Of a DNA stretch of 64,000 nucleotides, positions 49,155 through 58,944 are shown in pieces. The notes beneath the pieces were generated by a model. The model was not told the DNA's origin. It ran no database searches and saw nothing but the letters and a program-made list of their open reading frames with translations. Source of the stretch: Candidatus Latescibacterota bacterium (lineage in GTDB: Bacteria; Latescibacterota; UBA2968; UBA8231); assembly GCA_965243025.1 (NCBI GenBank), contig CBDETY010000003.1, forward strand, positions 6,656,001 to 6,720,000. The letters are read 5' to 3'. The position numbers and the translations under genes were made by a program. How positions within the stretch are numbered: position 1 is the stretch's first letter; every line of letters starts with the position of its first letter.

Positions 49155-50945
49155 CTATTGCACCGGCCGCAGCCGGTGCATCACCAGGTTCCAGGCCTCC
49201 CAGCAGGGATACGGGGCGACGTAGGGATCCGCCGCCGAAGGCCACCCGGTCCAGTAAGTGTTGTTGAACACGACGACATGCACCTCCTCGAGGGTCATGA
49301 TCTCAGGCATGTCCCTGAGGAAGATGTCCAGGGCGCGGGCGGCGAGATCCATGTAGACCGGATCGTCGGGGGAAGCGACCATGCCCTCCATCGCGTCGAG
49401 GAGGGAGTCGAGCCCGGCGTCGGCGTACCCCGAGCCGGCGAGGAAGTTCGGCGACGACTGCGTGTGTACCGGGGCGTACCTGGAGTGGAAGTCCCTGAGG
49501 GTCTCGTACGGTTCCGTCAGGCTGCCGCAGTGATTGAGGAAGAACATCTCGAAGTTGCCGGACCTCAGGTCGTCGACCCAGAGGGTCGAGCCGCCCGGCT
49601 CGATGACCTGCAGGGCGTCGAAACCGGCGTCCCTGAACTGCTGGGTCATCGGCGGCGCAATGGGCGCGAGCCACTCGGGACCGCGAACCGTCAGCTTCAT
49701 GCGCTCGCCCCCGCGGGACCAGAAACCGCCGGCATCGCGGCGGTAACCGGCCGCGGTCATGTGCCTGTCGACGAGGGCCTGGTCGGGCCGGTCGCGGTCC
49801 CACTTGTCGATCACCCCCTGGAGTCTGCCCGGGAGGTAGCGCTGGATGGCCCCGTACCCCGAGAAGGGCGCGACGCGGGGGAAATTGGCGCTTTCGTACC
49901 CGAGGATCGACAGCCTAGAGCGGTCGATAGCGTAGTTCAGGGCCAGGCGGACGTCGCGGTTCGACATCGGCTCCTTCCTGGTGTTGAGAACGATGTTGTA
50001 GATGCAGCCGTCGGGGGCTCCCCACACCGGGCCCTGCGCAAACCAGGAGGAGAGCTTGTCGTTGCGGCTCCTGACCGCCTCGTAGGTCCCCGGCTGCAGG
50101 GGATTGCCGCTGTCGATCAGGTTGCGGAGATACAGCTGGGCCATGGCCTCGTCGCTGGCGGCGGGAATGATGATCAGCCGCTCGACCTGCGGCATCGGCA
50201 TGAATCCGGTTTCGGCGCCCCACCATTCGTCGCGGCGGTCGTAGATCATCTGATGCGGACTGGTGTACACGAGCTTGTAGGCGCCGGTGCCCACGGGCCA
50301 GCCGGCCTGGATGTCGAGGTTGGTGAACGTGAGGGGGTCGACGTCCCGCCAGATATGCTCCGGCATCATCACCTGGTGGTTCTCGTGCCCGAGCGCCAGG
50401 TTTTCGACGAACCAGCGCGGCCCCGGCCTGGTGAGACGGATCACCACCGTGAGGTCGTCGATGATGTCGACTCCCTTCACCCACTCCTCGTAGATGGTCG
50501 AATACCTGAGCTCGGGGGCGGCGGCCGCGAGCATCTCGATCGTGTACTTCACGTCGCGCGCCGTGAACGGCTCGCCGTCGGCCCATTCGACTCCCGGCCG
50601 CAGGCGGACGGTGACGGCGGTGTAGTCGGCGTTGTACTCGAACCCGGTCGCCTGCCAGGGAATCAGCTCCCCGGTGTTGACGTTGGTGTAGAACAGCGCC
50701 TCGTAGATCGTCTTGTTGCCGCTCTCGCGCTGGTGGCCGACCCCGGTCTGGTAGATGTTGTAGCTTTCGGCGGCGTTGGGCAGGTGGTTGTCGAGTCCCC
50801 AGGGGGTGATGAGGAGAGTGCGGTTGCGGGGCACCTCTGCGAGCCCGGCTCCGACGCTCGCCGGGCCGGTGTCGACGCCGCAGCCGGCGGCGGCCGCCAG
50901 CAGGAACGCGGCAGCGGCCCCTTTCAACGGGGGATGCGGGCGCAT
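49155..50945 (-). CDS. ABC transporter substrate-binding lipoprotein, family 5 (Dpp/Opp fold; oligosaccharide-binding-like clade)
   Basis: Lipobox AAGC; motifs PRNRTL, GELIPWQA, LRPGVEWADGEPFTARDV, PVGTGAY, DVRLALNYAIDR and NTYWTGWP. Confidence 0.88.
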   Translation of the reverse strand: MRPHPPLKGAAAAFLLAAAAGCGVDTGPASVGAGLAEVPRNRTLLITPWGLDNHLPNAAESYNIYQTGVGHQRESGNKTIYEALFYTNVNTGELIPWQATGFEYNADYTAVTVRLRPGVEWADGEPFTARDVKYTIEMLAAAAPELRYSTIYEEWVKGVDIIDDLTVVIRLTRPGPRWFVENLALGHENHQVMMPEHIWRDVDPLTFTNLDIQAGWPVGTGAYKLVYTSPHQMIYDRRDEWWGAETGFMPMPQVERLIIIPAASDEAMAQLYLRNLIDSGNPLQPGTYEAVRSRNDKLSSWFAQGPVWGAPDGCIYNIVLNTRKEPMSNRDVRLALNYAIDRSRLSILGYESANFPRVAPFSGYGAIQRYLPGRLQGVIDKWDRDRPDQALVDRHMTAAGYRRDAGGFWSRGGERMKLTVRGPEWLAPIAPPMTQQFRDAGFDALQVIEPGGSTLWVDDLRSGNFEMFFLNHCGSLTEPYETLRDFHSRYAPVHTQSSPNFLAGSGYADAGLDSLLDAMEGMVASPDDPVYMDLAARALDIFLRDMPEIMTLEEVHVVVFNNTYWTGWPSAADPYVAPYPCWEAWNLVMHRLRPVQ

Positions 50946-51099
50946 GAAGAAACGGGTCAACCGGAACTCCTTACATTGTGGCCGGCGTTGCCCGGTGCCC
51001 GGGCGCGAAATCAAGCGCCCGAATGCAGGCGGGATTTCGCGGGCAGGCACTGGCAACAGGTAGCGGGAGCTAACGATACACAATAATCGGGAACGGGGA

Positions 51100-52101
51100 G
51101 TGACACTCCGCTACATCACCGCGCGTTTCGGGCAGCTGTTGCTGATCGTGTTCCTGGCGGTCAGCGTCAACTTCGCGATCCCGCGGCTGATCCCGGGCGA
51201 CCCGATCGAATCGGCGCTGGCGACGAAAATGGCCATGACCGGAACCGAGGCCGGTGACATCGCCGCCATCGCCGCCGCATACCGCGCCAAGTTCGGACTC
51301 GATCAGCCGCTGTGGAGGCAGTACCTCAACTACTGGGGCGACATACTGCGCGGCGACCTCGGGGTGTCGCTCGTCAGCTTTCCACAGACGGTCTGGTCCA
51401 AAATCCGCGACGCGCTTCCCTGGACTCTCGGACTCCTCGTCACCTCCACCCTGATTGCTTTCGCGGTCGGCTCGCTGATGGGGGCTTTCCTCGCCTGGCC
51501 GAAGGCCCCGTCGTGGTTGAAGGCATTCGTGCCGCCGCTGATGCTGCTCTCCGCCGTACCCTACTACCTGCTCGCCGTCATCCTGGTGTTCCTGTTCGCC
51601 CTGACCTGGCCGCTGCTGCCGGCTTCGGGCGGGTTCAGCCCGATCTCGGTGCCGGGGTACGACTGGAGATCCGCCCTCGACATCCTCTCCCACTCGCTGC
51701 TTCCCGGGCTCTCGATCGCCCTCGGGGGGATCGGGTTCTGGGCCCTGGGAATGCGCGCCCTGATGGTTTCGGTTCTCGGTGAGGACTACATCACCTTCGC
51801 CGAGGCCAAGGGGCTGCCGGCGAGGCGCATCTTCTTTCGCTACGCCATGCGCAACGCCATCCTGCCGCAGGTCACCGCCCTGGCCCTGGCCATGGGTTTC
51901 GTGCTCTCCGGATCGGTGCTGGTCGAGGTGGTATTCAGCTACCCCGGCCTGGGAAAACTCCTGTTCGGGGCGATCGCGGGAAAGGACTACTTCGCGATCC
52001 AGGGGATCGTCCTGTTTCTCATCCTGACGCTCGCAGGGGCCCTGTTCGCGGTGGACCTCGTGTACCCGCTGATAGACCCCCGGATCAAGTACGGCGAATG
52101 A
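51100..52101 (+). CDS. Dpp/Opp-type ABC permease (DppB-like)
   Basis: Motifs PRLIPGDP, FGLDQPLWRQY, EDYITFAEAKGL, RNAILP and EVVFSYPGLG. Confidence 0.9.
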   Translation: MTLRYITARFGQLLLIVFLAVSVNFAIPRLIPGDPIESALATKMAMTGTEAGDIAAIAAAYRAKFGLDQPLWRQYLNYWGDILRGDLGVSLVSFPQTVWSKIRDALPWTLGLLVTSTLIAFAVGSLMGAFLAWPKAPSWLKAFVPPLMLLSAVPYYLLAVILVFLFALTWPLLPASGGFSPISVPGYDWRSALDILSHSLLPGLSIALGGIGFWALGMRALMVSVLGEDYITFAEAKGLPARRIFFRYAMRNAILPQVTALALAMGFVLSGSVLVEVVFSYPGLGKLLFGAIAGKDYFAIQGIVLFLILTLAGALFAVDLVYPLIDPRIKYGE

Positions 52102-52961
52102 ACGCGGCCGCCGCAGTCGGAAAACTGGTCCGCAGCCCGCGCATGAGCGGAAGCCTCGTGGCCGGCGCAGCGATCATGGGGACCGTCGTCGCCTTCAGCC
52201 TGCTCGGGCCGCTTCTCGTCGACCTGGAGAATGCGGACGTCGGGGCGGCGAACCCGAGGATGCCCCCCTCGGGGGAGCACTGGCTCGGCTCGGACGTGCA
52301 CGGCCGCGACCTGTTCACCACCCTTGTCCTCGGCACGCCCCAGACGTTGAAGATCGGCCTGATCGCCGGGGCGGCGGGGACCGGCCTCGGCCTCGTGCTG
52401 GGTCTGCTGGCCGGATACTTCGGCGGCCTCGTCGACAGCGCGATCCGCGTCGTCTCCGACTCTTTGCTGACGGTTCCCACGCTGGCGATTCTTATCGTCA
52501 TCGCCGCCAGCGTCAGCGAGATGTCGGTCGAGCTGATGGGCCTCACGGTGGCGGCCCTCGCCTGGATGTGGCCGACGCGCACGATCCGCTCGCAGCTTCT
52601 CAGCATCCGCGAGCGCCCCTACGTCGAGGTTGCCCGGGTCAACGGCCAGGGGGAGCTCGAGATCCTCTTCCGGGAGGTCATGCCCAACCTGCTTCCCTAC
52701 ATCGCCGCCAGCTTCGTCGGCGCCGTGGGCTCCGGCATCCTCGCCGCCATCGGCCTGGAGGCGCTCGGACTGGGGCCCAATCACCTGTTCACTCTCGGCA
52801 CCTCGATCTACTGGTCGCAGAAGTTCACCGCGGTCCTGCGCGGGCTCTGGTGGTGGTGGGCGCCCCCGATCGCGATGATCGCCCTGATCTTCGTCGGGCT
52901 GATGCTGCTTTCGGCCGGTCTCGACCGGATCGCCAATCCGCGCTTGCGCACGAGGACATGA
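52098..52961 (+). CDS. Dpp/Opp-type ABC permease (DppC-like)
   Basis: Motifs PPSGEHWLGSDVHGRD, YVEVARVNG, EVMPNLLP and NPRLR. Confidence 0.9.
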   Translation: MNAAAAVGKLVRSPRMSGSLVAGAAIMGTVVAFSLLGPLLVDLENADVGAANPRMPPSGEHWLGSDVHGRDLFTTLVLGTPQTLKIGLIAGAAGTGLGLVLGLLAGYFGGLVDSAIRVVSDSLLTVPTLAILIVIAASVSEMSVELMGLTVAALAWMWPTRTIRSQLLSIRERPYVEVARVNGQGELEILFREVMPNLLPYIAASFVGAVGSGILAAIGLEALGLGPNHLFTLGTSIYWSQKFTAVLRGLWWWWAPPIAMIALIFVGLMLLSAGLDRIANPRLRTRT

Positions 52962-53986
52962 ACGGCCCCGGGACAGCCGCTGCGCGGCAGGTGCTGCGGG
53001 TCGCAGACCTCAGCGTCCACTACGATACCCCGGAGGGTCCGGTCAAGGCGGTGCAGGAGGTATCCTTCACCCTGAACGCCGGAGAGCGGCTCGCCCTGGT
53101 GGGAGAGTCGGGCTCGGGCAAGACGACCCTGGCGACGGCGCTGCTCAACCTGACCAGACCGCCGGGGCGGGTGGTATCCGGGGAGATCCTGCTCGACGGC
53201 CGCGGCCTCACCGGCATGGGCGAACGCGAGATGCGCGCCCTGCGGCTGTCGCAGATCGCGCTCATTCCCCAGGGTGCGATGAACGCCCTCAACCCGGTGA
53301 TGCGGATCGGGGAGCAGATCCTCGACGGCATCACCGCCCACGAGGGCAGGCAGGCCGGCGGGGAAGCCTCCGCCCGCGTCGATTCGCTGCTGCGCAGCGT
53401 CGGGCTGCACCCGGAAGTCGCCTCGCACTTTCCCCACGAGCTCAGCGGCGGCATGAAACAGCGGGTGGTGATCGCCATCGCCACCGCCCTGGAGCCGAAG
53501 GTGATCCTGGCGGACGAGCCCACGAGCGCCCTCGACGTCGTCGTGCAACGGCAGGTCGTCGAAACCCTGGTGGCGGTACAGGAGCGGATCGGGGCCGCGG
53601 TGATCCTGATCGGCCACGACATGGGGCTGGTGGCCCAGTTCGCCCAACGCGTCGGCCTGATGTACGCCGGCCGCCTGATCGAGATGGGAGGGGTGGAAGA
53701 GCTTTACCGGGAACCGCGCCACCCGTACACCCGCATGCTGATCGAAAGTCTGCCGAGCCTCGAATCGAAGCGGGAGTTCACGGGTATTCCCGGGCTCCCC
53801 CCGGAGCTGCTCGACCAGCCCCCCGGGTGCGCCTTTCGACCGCGCTGCCCGCACGCATTCGAGCCCTGCGGCGTCGAGACTCCGGCGTTCGCGGAGGTCG
53901 GACCGGGCCGCTCGGCCGCCTGCCACCTGAACCCCGGCAGCGGCCCGCTGCCGGCCCCCCCGGCCTCCGGGGAGGGAAAGCGGTGA
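52958..53986 (+). CDS. Dpp/Opp-type ABC ATPase (DppD-like)
   Basis: Motifs GESGSGKT, FPHELSGGMKQR, ADEPTSALD, HPYT and the C-terminal Cys motif PGCAFRPRCP...C...CH. Confidence 0.92.
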   Translation: MNGPGTAAARQVLRVADLSVHYDTPEGPVKAVQEVSFTLNAGERLALVGESGSGKTTLATALLNLTRPPGRVVSGEILLDGRGLTGMGEREMRALRLSQIALIPQGAMNALNPVMRIGEQILDGITAHEGRQAGGEASARVDSLLRSVGLHPEVASHFPHELSGGMKQRVVIAIATALEPKVILADEPTSALDVVVQRQVVETLVAVQERIGAAVILIGHDMGLVAQFAQRVGLMYAGRLIEMGGVEELYREPRHPYTRMLIESLPSLESKREFTGIPGLPPELLDQPPGCAFRPRCPHAFEPCGVETPAFAEVGPGRSAACHLNPGSGPLPAPPASGEGKR

Positions 53987-55017
53987 CCCCGCTGCTCGAG
54001 CTGCGGAACGTCGCCAAGCGGTACGGCGGCGGCCTTCTGGGGGGCAGGGAGACGACCGCGGTCGAGGACCTCTCGCTGAAGATCGCCGCGGCCCCCCCCT
54101 CCATTACCGCGGTCGCCGGGGAGAGCGGCAGCGGCAAGACCACGCTGGCGCGCCTCCTGCTCGGGTTCGTCCGGCCGAGCCGCGGCGAGGTCCTCTACCG
54201 GGGCCGCGACCTCGCCGGGATGACGAAGCAGGAGCGGCGCCGGTTCCGCCGCGAGGTGCAGCCGATCTTCCAGGATCCGTACGAGGTGTTCAACCCGTTC
54301 TACCGGGTCGATCACGTGCTCGAGACGCCGGTGGCGCGCTTCGGCCTGGCCGCCTCGCGGCAGGAGGCCCGCCGGCTTGTTGGCGAGGCCCTCGAGATGG
54401 TGGGGTTGCGTCCCGCCGAAACGCTGGGGCGGTTTCCCCACCAGCTCAGCGGCGGCCAGCGGCAGCGGATAATGGTGGCGCGCGCGCTGCTGCTCGAGCC
54501 GCAACTGATTCTCGCCGACGAGCCGGTGTCGATGGTGGACGCCTCCCTGCGCGCCACGATCCTCGGCAGCCTGCGCAAGCTCAACCGCGAGCTCGGAATT
54601 TCGGTCGTCTACATCACCCACGACCTCACCACCGCCTACCAGATCAGCGAGAACATCGCCGTGATGTACCGGGGCAGCATCGTCGAGGCGGGCCCGGTCG
54701 AGCGCGTCATCGGCGACCCCCTGCACCCGTACACGCAGCTGCTCGTCGGTTCGATTCCGGTGCCCGACCCTGGCAGGCGCTGGTCGGACAGCACCCTCGA
54801 GCTCCGCAAGGAGGAGGGATCGGAGCTCGCCGGGGCCGGGCGTTCGAGCGCCGGTTGCCGTTTCGCCGATCGCTGCCCGGCGGCGATGGAGGCCTGCTGG
54901 AACGAGGTCCCTCCTCATTACCGCACCAAGGGCCGCGCCGCGGCCTGCTTTCTCTTTCGCGACGATCCCGTTCTGGAAAGCGGCGTTGCCAGCCTGTTCG
55001 AGGCCTCCGATGGGTAA
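53983..55017 (+). CDS. Dpp/Opp-type ABC ATPase (DppF-like)
   Basis: GTG at 53983; motifs GESGSGKT, IFQDPY, FPHQLSGGQRQR, ADEPVSMVDAS and GCRFADRCP. Confidence 0.92.
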   Translation: MTPLLELRNVAKRYGGGLLGGRETTAVEDLSLKIAAAPPSITAVAGESGSGKTTLARLLLGFVRPSRGEVLYRGRDLAGMTKQERRRFRREVQPIFQDPYEVFNPFYRVDHVLETPVARFGLAASRQEARRLVGEALEMVGLRPAETLGRFPHQLSGGQRQRIMVARALLLEPQLILADEPVSMVDASLRATILGSLRKLNRELGISVVYITHDLTTAYQISENIAVMYRGSIVEAGPVERVIGDPLHPYTQLLVGSIPVPDPGRRWSDSTLELRKEEGSELAGAGRSSAGCRFADRCPAAMEACWNEVPPHYRTKGRAAACFLFRDDPVLESGVASLFEASDG

Positions 55018-55897
55018 GCGGAACTCCGGCGGCGGCCCCCGCATGCAGCTGGCCCCCTACGTTTTCATTTCTCCATTCTACATCCTGTATGCCACCTTCA
55101 TGCTCTACCCGCTGGTCTCGTCTATGTGGACGAGCCTCCACTTCCAGCGCACCCTGGAATCGAGCATTTACGTCGGCCTCTTCAACTACGAGGTGCTGCT
55201 GACCGATCCGGCGTTCTGGCAGGCCCTGTTCAACACCTTCTGCTTCACCTTCGGAATACTCGTCGTCCAGATCCCCGTGGCCCTGGCGATGGCGCTGGTC
55301 GTCAACGCCGCCTTCCTGCGGGGGCGCAACTTCTTCCGCCTCTGCTTCTTCTCGCCGACCCTCGTCGGGGGGGTGTTCGTCGCCATCATCTTCCGCCAGG
55401 TCTACCACGCCGACAACGGCCTGCTGGCGATGCTGTTCGGCCGCGAGATCCCCTGGCTCGAGCACAAGTACCTGATCATGCCTTCGATCATCCTGACCAG
55501 TGTCTGGAAATCGGCCGGGTTCATAATGCTGTATTTCCTCGCCGGGCTTCAGGCGATCCGGCGAGAGCTGTACGAAGCCGCGCAGGTCGACGGGGCCGGC
55601 TGGTGGCAGAGCCTGTTCAACGTCACCCTGCCCTCCCTGAGACCGATCCTCATTTTCGTCATCGTCATCTCGGTGATCGACTCGCTGCAGCTGTTCGACA
55701 TCCCCTACGTGCTCCTGACGCCGCCCGAGGGGCCGGGAGGTTACGGCCGCACCATCGTGATGTACCTCTACCAGAAGTTCGAGACCTCCGAGCTGGGGCT
55801 GGCCTGCGCAACGGGGTGGAGCCTTGCGGTCCTGATCTTCCTCGTTACCCTGGCGCAGCTGCGCCTGCTCGGCGCCTTCCGGGAGGAGCGGCAATGA
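55010..55897 (+). CDS. carbohydrate ABC permease (MalF/UgpA-like)
   Basis: Motifs PYVFISPF, VGLFNY, EAA loop LAGLQAIRRELYEAAQVDGA and VTLPSLRP. Confidence 0.9.
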   Translation: MGKRNSGGGPRMQLAPYVFISPFYILYATFMLYPLVSSMWTSLHFQRTLESSIYVGLFNYEVLLTDPAFWQALFNTFCFTFGILVVQIPVALAMALVVNAAFLRGRNFFRLCFFSPTLVGGVFVAIIFRQVYHADNGLLAMLFGREIPWLEHKYLIMPSIILTSVWKSAGFIMLYFLAGLQAIRRELYEAAQVDGAGWWQSLFNVTLPSLRPILIFVIVISVIDSLQLFDIPYVLLTPPEGPGGYGRTIVMYLYQKFETSELGLACATGWSLAVLIFLVTLAQLRLLGAFREERQ

Positions 55898-56760
55898 ACC
55901 GGTCCGGGCTCCTCGAGACCGCGGCTTACGCCCTGCTTGCCTGTATCGCCCTGGCGATCATCACGCCTCTCGCATGGACGTTCATGTCCTCCTTCAGGCC
56001 GATAGGGGACATCTTCTCGCAGCGGCTCCCGGCTTCCTTCGACGAGTTCACGCTGGAAAACTACCGGGCCCTGTTCGAGCCGCTGGTGCGCGAGATCGCC
56101 GGCAAGGACAAGATCTTTCCACCGATTCCCTACGCGCGCTACTTCCTCAACAGCGTTTTCGTATCGACGGCGTTCACCCTGCTCGCCCTGTTCTTCGGCT
56201 CCCTGGGAGGCTTCGGTTTCTCGAAGTACGAGTTCCGGGGGAAGCGGGGGCTGTTCCTCGTGCTCATGGGCTCGATGATGATCCCCTTCCACGTCGGCCT
56301 GATCCCCCTCTACAGCCTGATCGCGCGCTTCGGATGGATCGACACCTACCAGGCGGTCATCATCCCCGGGTCGGCGAGCGCCTTCTCCATCTTTCTGATG
56401 CGCCAGTACATGGCCGGGGTCCCGGACAGCCTGATCGACTCGGCCCGCATCGACGGGAGCTCGGAGTTCGGCATCTACTGGCGCGTGGCCCTGCCGCTGC
56501 TCAGGCCGGCTCTCGGAGCCCTTACCATCCTGCTTTTCGTCGCCGGGTGGAACAACTTCCTGTGGCCCTCGATGGTGCTGCTCGACGAGCAGCGGTACAC
56601 CCTTCCGGTCGGGCTCAACTCACTGAGGGGCACGTACTGGGAGGAATACGGGGTCCTGCTCGCCGGCACCGCCCTCGCGGTCGTGCCGGTGATCCTTCTG
56701 TTCCTGTGGATGCAGAGGGAGTTCGTCGAGGGTATTACCCTGGGGGCGGTGAAAGAGTAG
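55894..56760 (+). CDS. carbohydrate ABC permease (MalG/UgpE-like)
   Basis: Motifs FTLENY, FLNS, SMMIP, IFLMRQY...DSARIDG, WNNFLWP, TLPVGL and QREFVEGITLGAVKE. Confidence 0.9.
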   Translation: MNRSGLLETAAYALLACIALAIITPLAWTFMSSFRPIGDIFSQRLPASFDEFTLENYRALFEPLVREIAGKDKIFPPIPYARYFLNSVFVSTAFTLLALFFGSLGGFGFSKYEFRGKRGLFLVLMGSMMIPFHVGLIPLYSLIARFGWIDTYQAVIIPGSASAFSIFLMRQYMAGVPDSLIDSARIDGSSEFGIYWRVALPLLRPALGALTILLFVAGWNNFLWPSMVLLDEQRYTLPVGLNSLRGTYWEEYGVLLAGTALAVVPVILLFLWMQREFVEGITLGAVKE

Positions 56761-56837
56761 GATCCGGTGCAGCTTCTTGACCGGCAGCCGGGTCGTGGCG
56801 ACCGTTGGGATGTTGCCGCTTGAGAATCGAGGTGCCC

Positions 56838-58931
56838 ATGAGACATTGCCAGACCTTCCGCGCGTTCGCCGCCGCGGCAATCTGCCTCCACCTCACCCTC
56901 GGGGCCGCCGGGAGCCAGGTGGATGTCTGGCAGTTCGGGGGAGCCGGGGGCTCGGCATGGGGGGACTTCACCCGCCTGAACGTCCTCGCCGACGACTTCA
57001 GCGATCCGCGCAGGCTCCAGCCCCGCGAGCTCGATCCCGAGGTGAACCTGCTGCCGCAGCTGTCCCCCTGGCATGGCCTGAAGCAGCCGATCGAGTTCGG
57101 TTACATGGAAGGCCAGCCGCGTATCTGGCGGGGCGTCAACTACCGCAAGGCGCGGCTCTTCTTTCCCCTCGACTTCATCGACGGGGATGTCGAAACCTAC
57201 GTGGTGAACCGCGACTCCCCCTGGATCTGGTGGGAATACTACACGATCGACGTCGGGGCGCGGATACCGGCCGAGCGCTTCCGCTTCTACCCGCCCGACG
57301 GCATCGATCACATCACCGATCAGCCCTACCGCCCGGGTTACACGCCCCAGCACTTCGAGCTGACGGCGAGCAACAACGCCGAGGCAATAGCGCGGGAAGG
57401 GGAGGATTTCGGAACCCCGGAGCGGCCCACCGGGGTCAGCGAGATTCACGACGTCGCGCCGAGCCTCGACGACTACCGTCCCCTCGAAACGCTGCTGTTC
57501 GAGTCCGCGCAGTACTTCTCCCCGGACGGGATCGTAAACCTCACCTTCCCCCTCGGCCACTACCGCTTCTTCCGCCTGCGCTCCTTCCCGACCGAGGAAA
57601 ACTGTTTCGAAGGCTGGACAGAGAGAAGCTGTTTCGAGACGATCGGGTTCGCGGAGATGGAGATTTACGGCCGCGGCTTCGTGCCGGAGGCTACCTGGCT
57701 GTCGACGGTGGTGGACCTCGGGGAGAGCGTCAACTTCGGAAGAGTGGTGTTCTCCGGAACCCGGCTGCGCCGCGAAAACGGCGGCCTGGTTCCCGCCCCG
57801 GAGGCCCCGGCGGTCGTCGAGGTCGAGGTCCGGGTCGGCGACGACGACACCCCGGTGGCGTATTACGGGTACAACAAGCGGGGGGCCCCGACCGAAGTCA
57901 CCAGGGACGAATACGAGAAACTCAGGGTAAACCGCCCCGAGCTCGATCCCCGCATCATCGGCTGGCGCGGGCCCCTCGGACACGACAGCGAGCGCTGGAG
58001 CTTCTGGTCGGCGCCCGCCAGGGAATCGGGAATCCGTCCCGTGGCGCGCAAGGGCCGCTATTTCCAGCTGCGGGTGCGGCTGAAGACGGACCGACTCTGG
58101 GAGTTCGTCCGCCTCGACTCGCTGGGGGTCGAGTTTTCTCCGCTGCTCGCCGACCGCGTCGTGGGGGAAATAGCTGCGGCCGACGACCTGCATCCGGCGG
58201 GAAACCTGACCAAGGTGCGGGCCGGGGAAACGGGGGAGTTCGCCTATGATCTCAGGGCGGAGTTCTCCGGCGAAGACAGGACGGGCTTCGACGCAGTGCG
58301 CGTTACCGCTCCGGCCGAGGCGGAGTTCCGCGGCCTCGAGATGGGAGATCCGCCCGCGGCAGTCGAGCCCGACGGGGTCATCCCCGAGGGTTCGGGCTTC
58401 AGTCTGCTGCTCCCGCGTCCGGTAACCGAAGGGGAGCCGCCCCTCCGCATCCGCCTGGCAACCGCCCTGTACGGGGCCTCGGGAACCTTCGGCGGTGAAG
58501 TCTACCAGCGCGACGTCGACATCCTGCCGCAGCCGATAGAGGCGGGGGACGCCAGCGAGGCCGTGGGGACGAACCGGCTGCAGCTGGTGGCCTACCCGGC
58601 TTCGCTCGGAGAGGTGCTCGGCAGCGTCGCCGTCGAGCCCCGGATCCTGACGCCGCAGGGTGACGGCGTCAACGACAAGGTGCTGATCTCCTACTCGATG
58701 CTGCGGATTCAGGAGGGAGCCGACGTCGAGGTGACCGTCTACGGGCTGAGCGGGGAGCCGGTCCGGACCATGCGGTCCCCGCAGCAGGTCGCCGGCCGGC
58801 ACTCCGTCGAGTGGGACGGCCGCGACGACCGCGGCCGCCTCGTGCCTCCGGGCACTTACGTCGCCAGCATCAGGGTAGCGACCAGCGAAGGGGATTTCGG
58901 GAGCATCCACCCGGTGGCGGTCGCCTACTGA
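56838..58931 (+). CDS. secreted discoidin-like + FlgD-Ig C-terminal domain protein, paralog 4
   Basis: GAGG RBS then ATG 56838; same motif series as paralogs 1-3; ends VAVAY. Confidence 0.8.
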   Translation: MRHCQTFRAFAAAAICLHLTLGAAGSQVDVWQFGGAGGSAWGDFTRLNVLADDFSDPRRLQPRELDPEVNLLPQLSPWHGLKQPIEFGYMEGQPRIWRGVNYRKARLFFPLDFIDGDVETYVVNRDSPWIWWEYYTIDVGARIPAERFRFYPPDGIDHITDQPYRPGYTPQHFELTASNNAEAIAREGEDFGTPERPTGVSEIHDVAPSLDDYRPLETLLFESAQYFSPDGIVNLTFPLGHYRFFRLRSFPTEENCFEGWTERSCFETIGFAEMEIYGRGFVPEATWLSTVVDLGESVNFGRVVFSGTRLRRENGGLVPAPEAPAVVEVEVRVGDDDTPVAYYGYNKRGAPTEVTRDEYEKLRVNRPELDPRIIGWRGPLGHDSERWSFWSAPARESGIRPVARKGRYFQLRVRLKTDRLWEFVRLDSLGVEFSPLLADRVVGEIAAADDLHPAGNLTKVRAGETGEFAYDLRAEFSGEDRTGFDAVRVTAPAEAEFRGLEMGDPPAAVEPDGVIPEGSGFSLLLPRPVTEGEPPLRIRLATALYGASGTFGGEVYQRDVDILPQPIEAGDASEAVGTNRLQLVAYPASLGEVLGSVAVEPRILTPQGDGVNDKVLISYSMLRIQEGADVEVTVYGLSGEPVRTMRSPQQVAGRHSVEWDGRDDRGRLVPPGTYVASIRVATSEGDFGSIHPVAVAY

Positions 58932-58944
58932 GTCCCCCCCGCGA

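Noticed and set aside
40209-58931. Diversity-generating retroelement as the source of paralog variability
   Set aside because: No reverse transcriptase and no near-identical template/variable repeat pair differing only at adenines; the variation includes indels in several internal loops.
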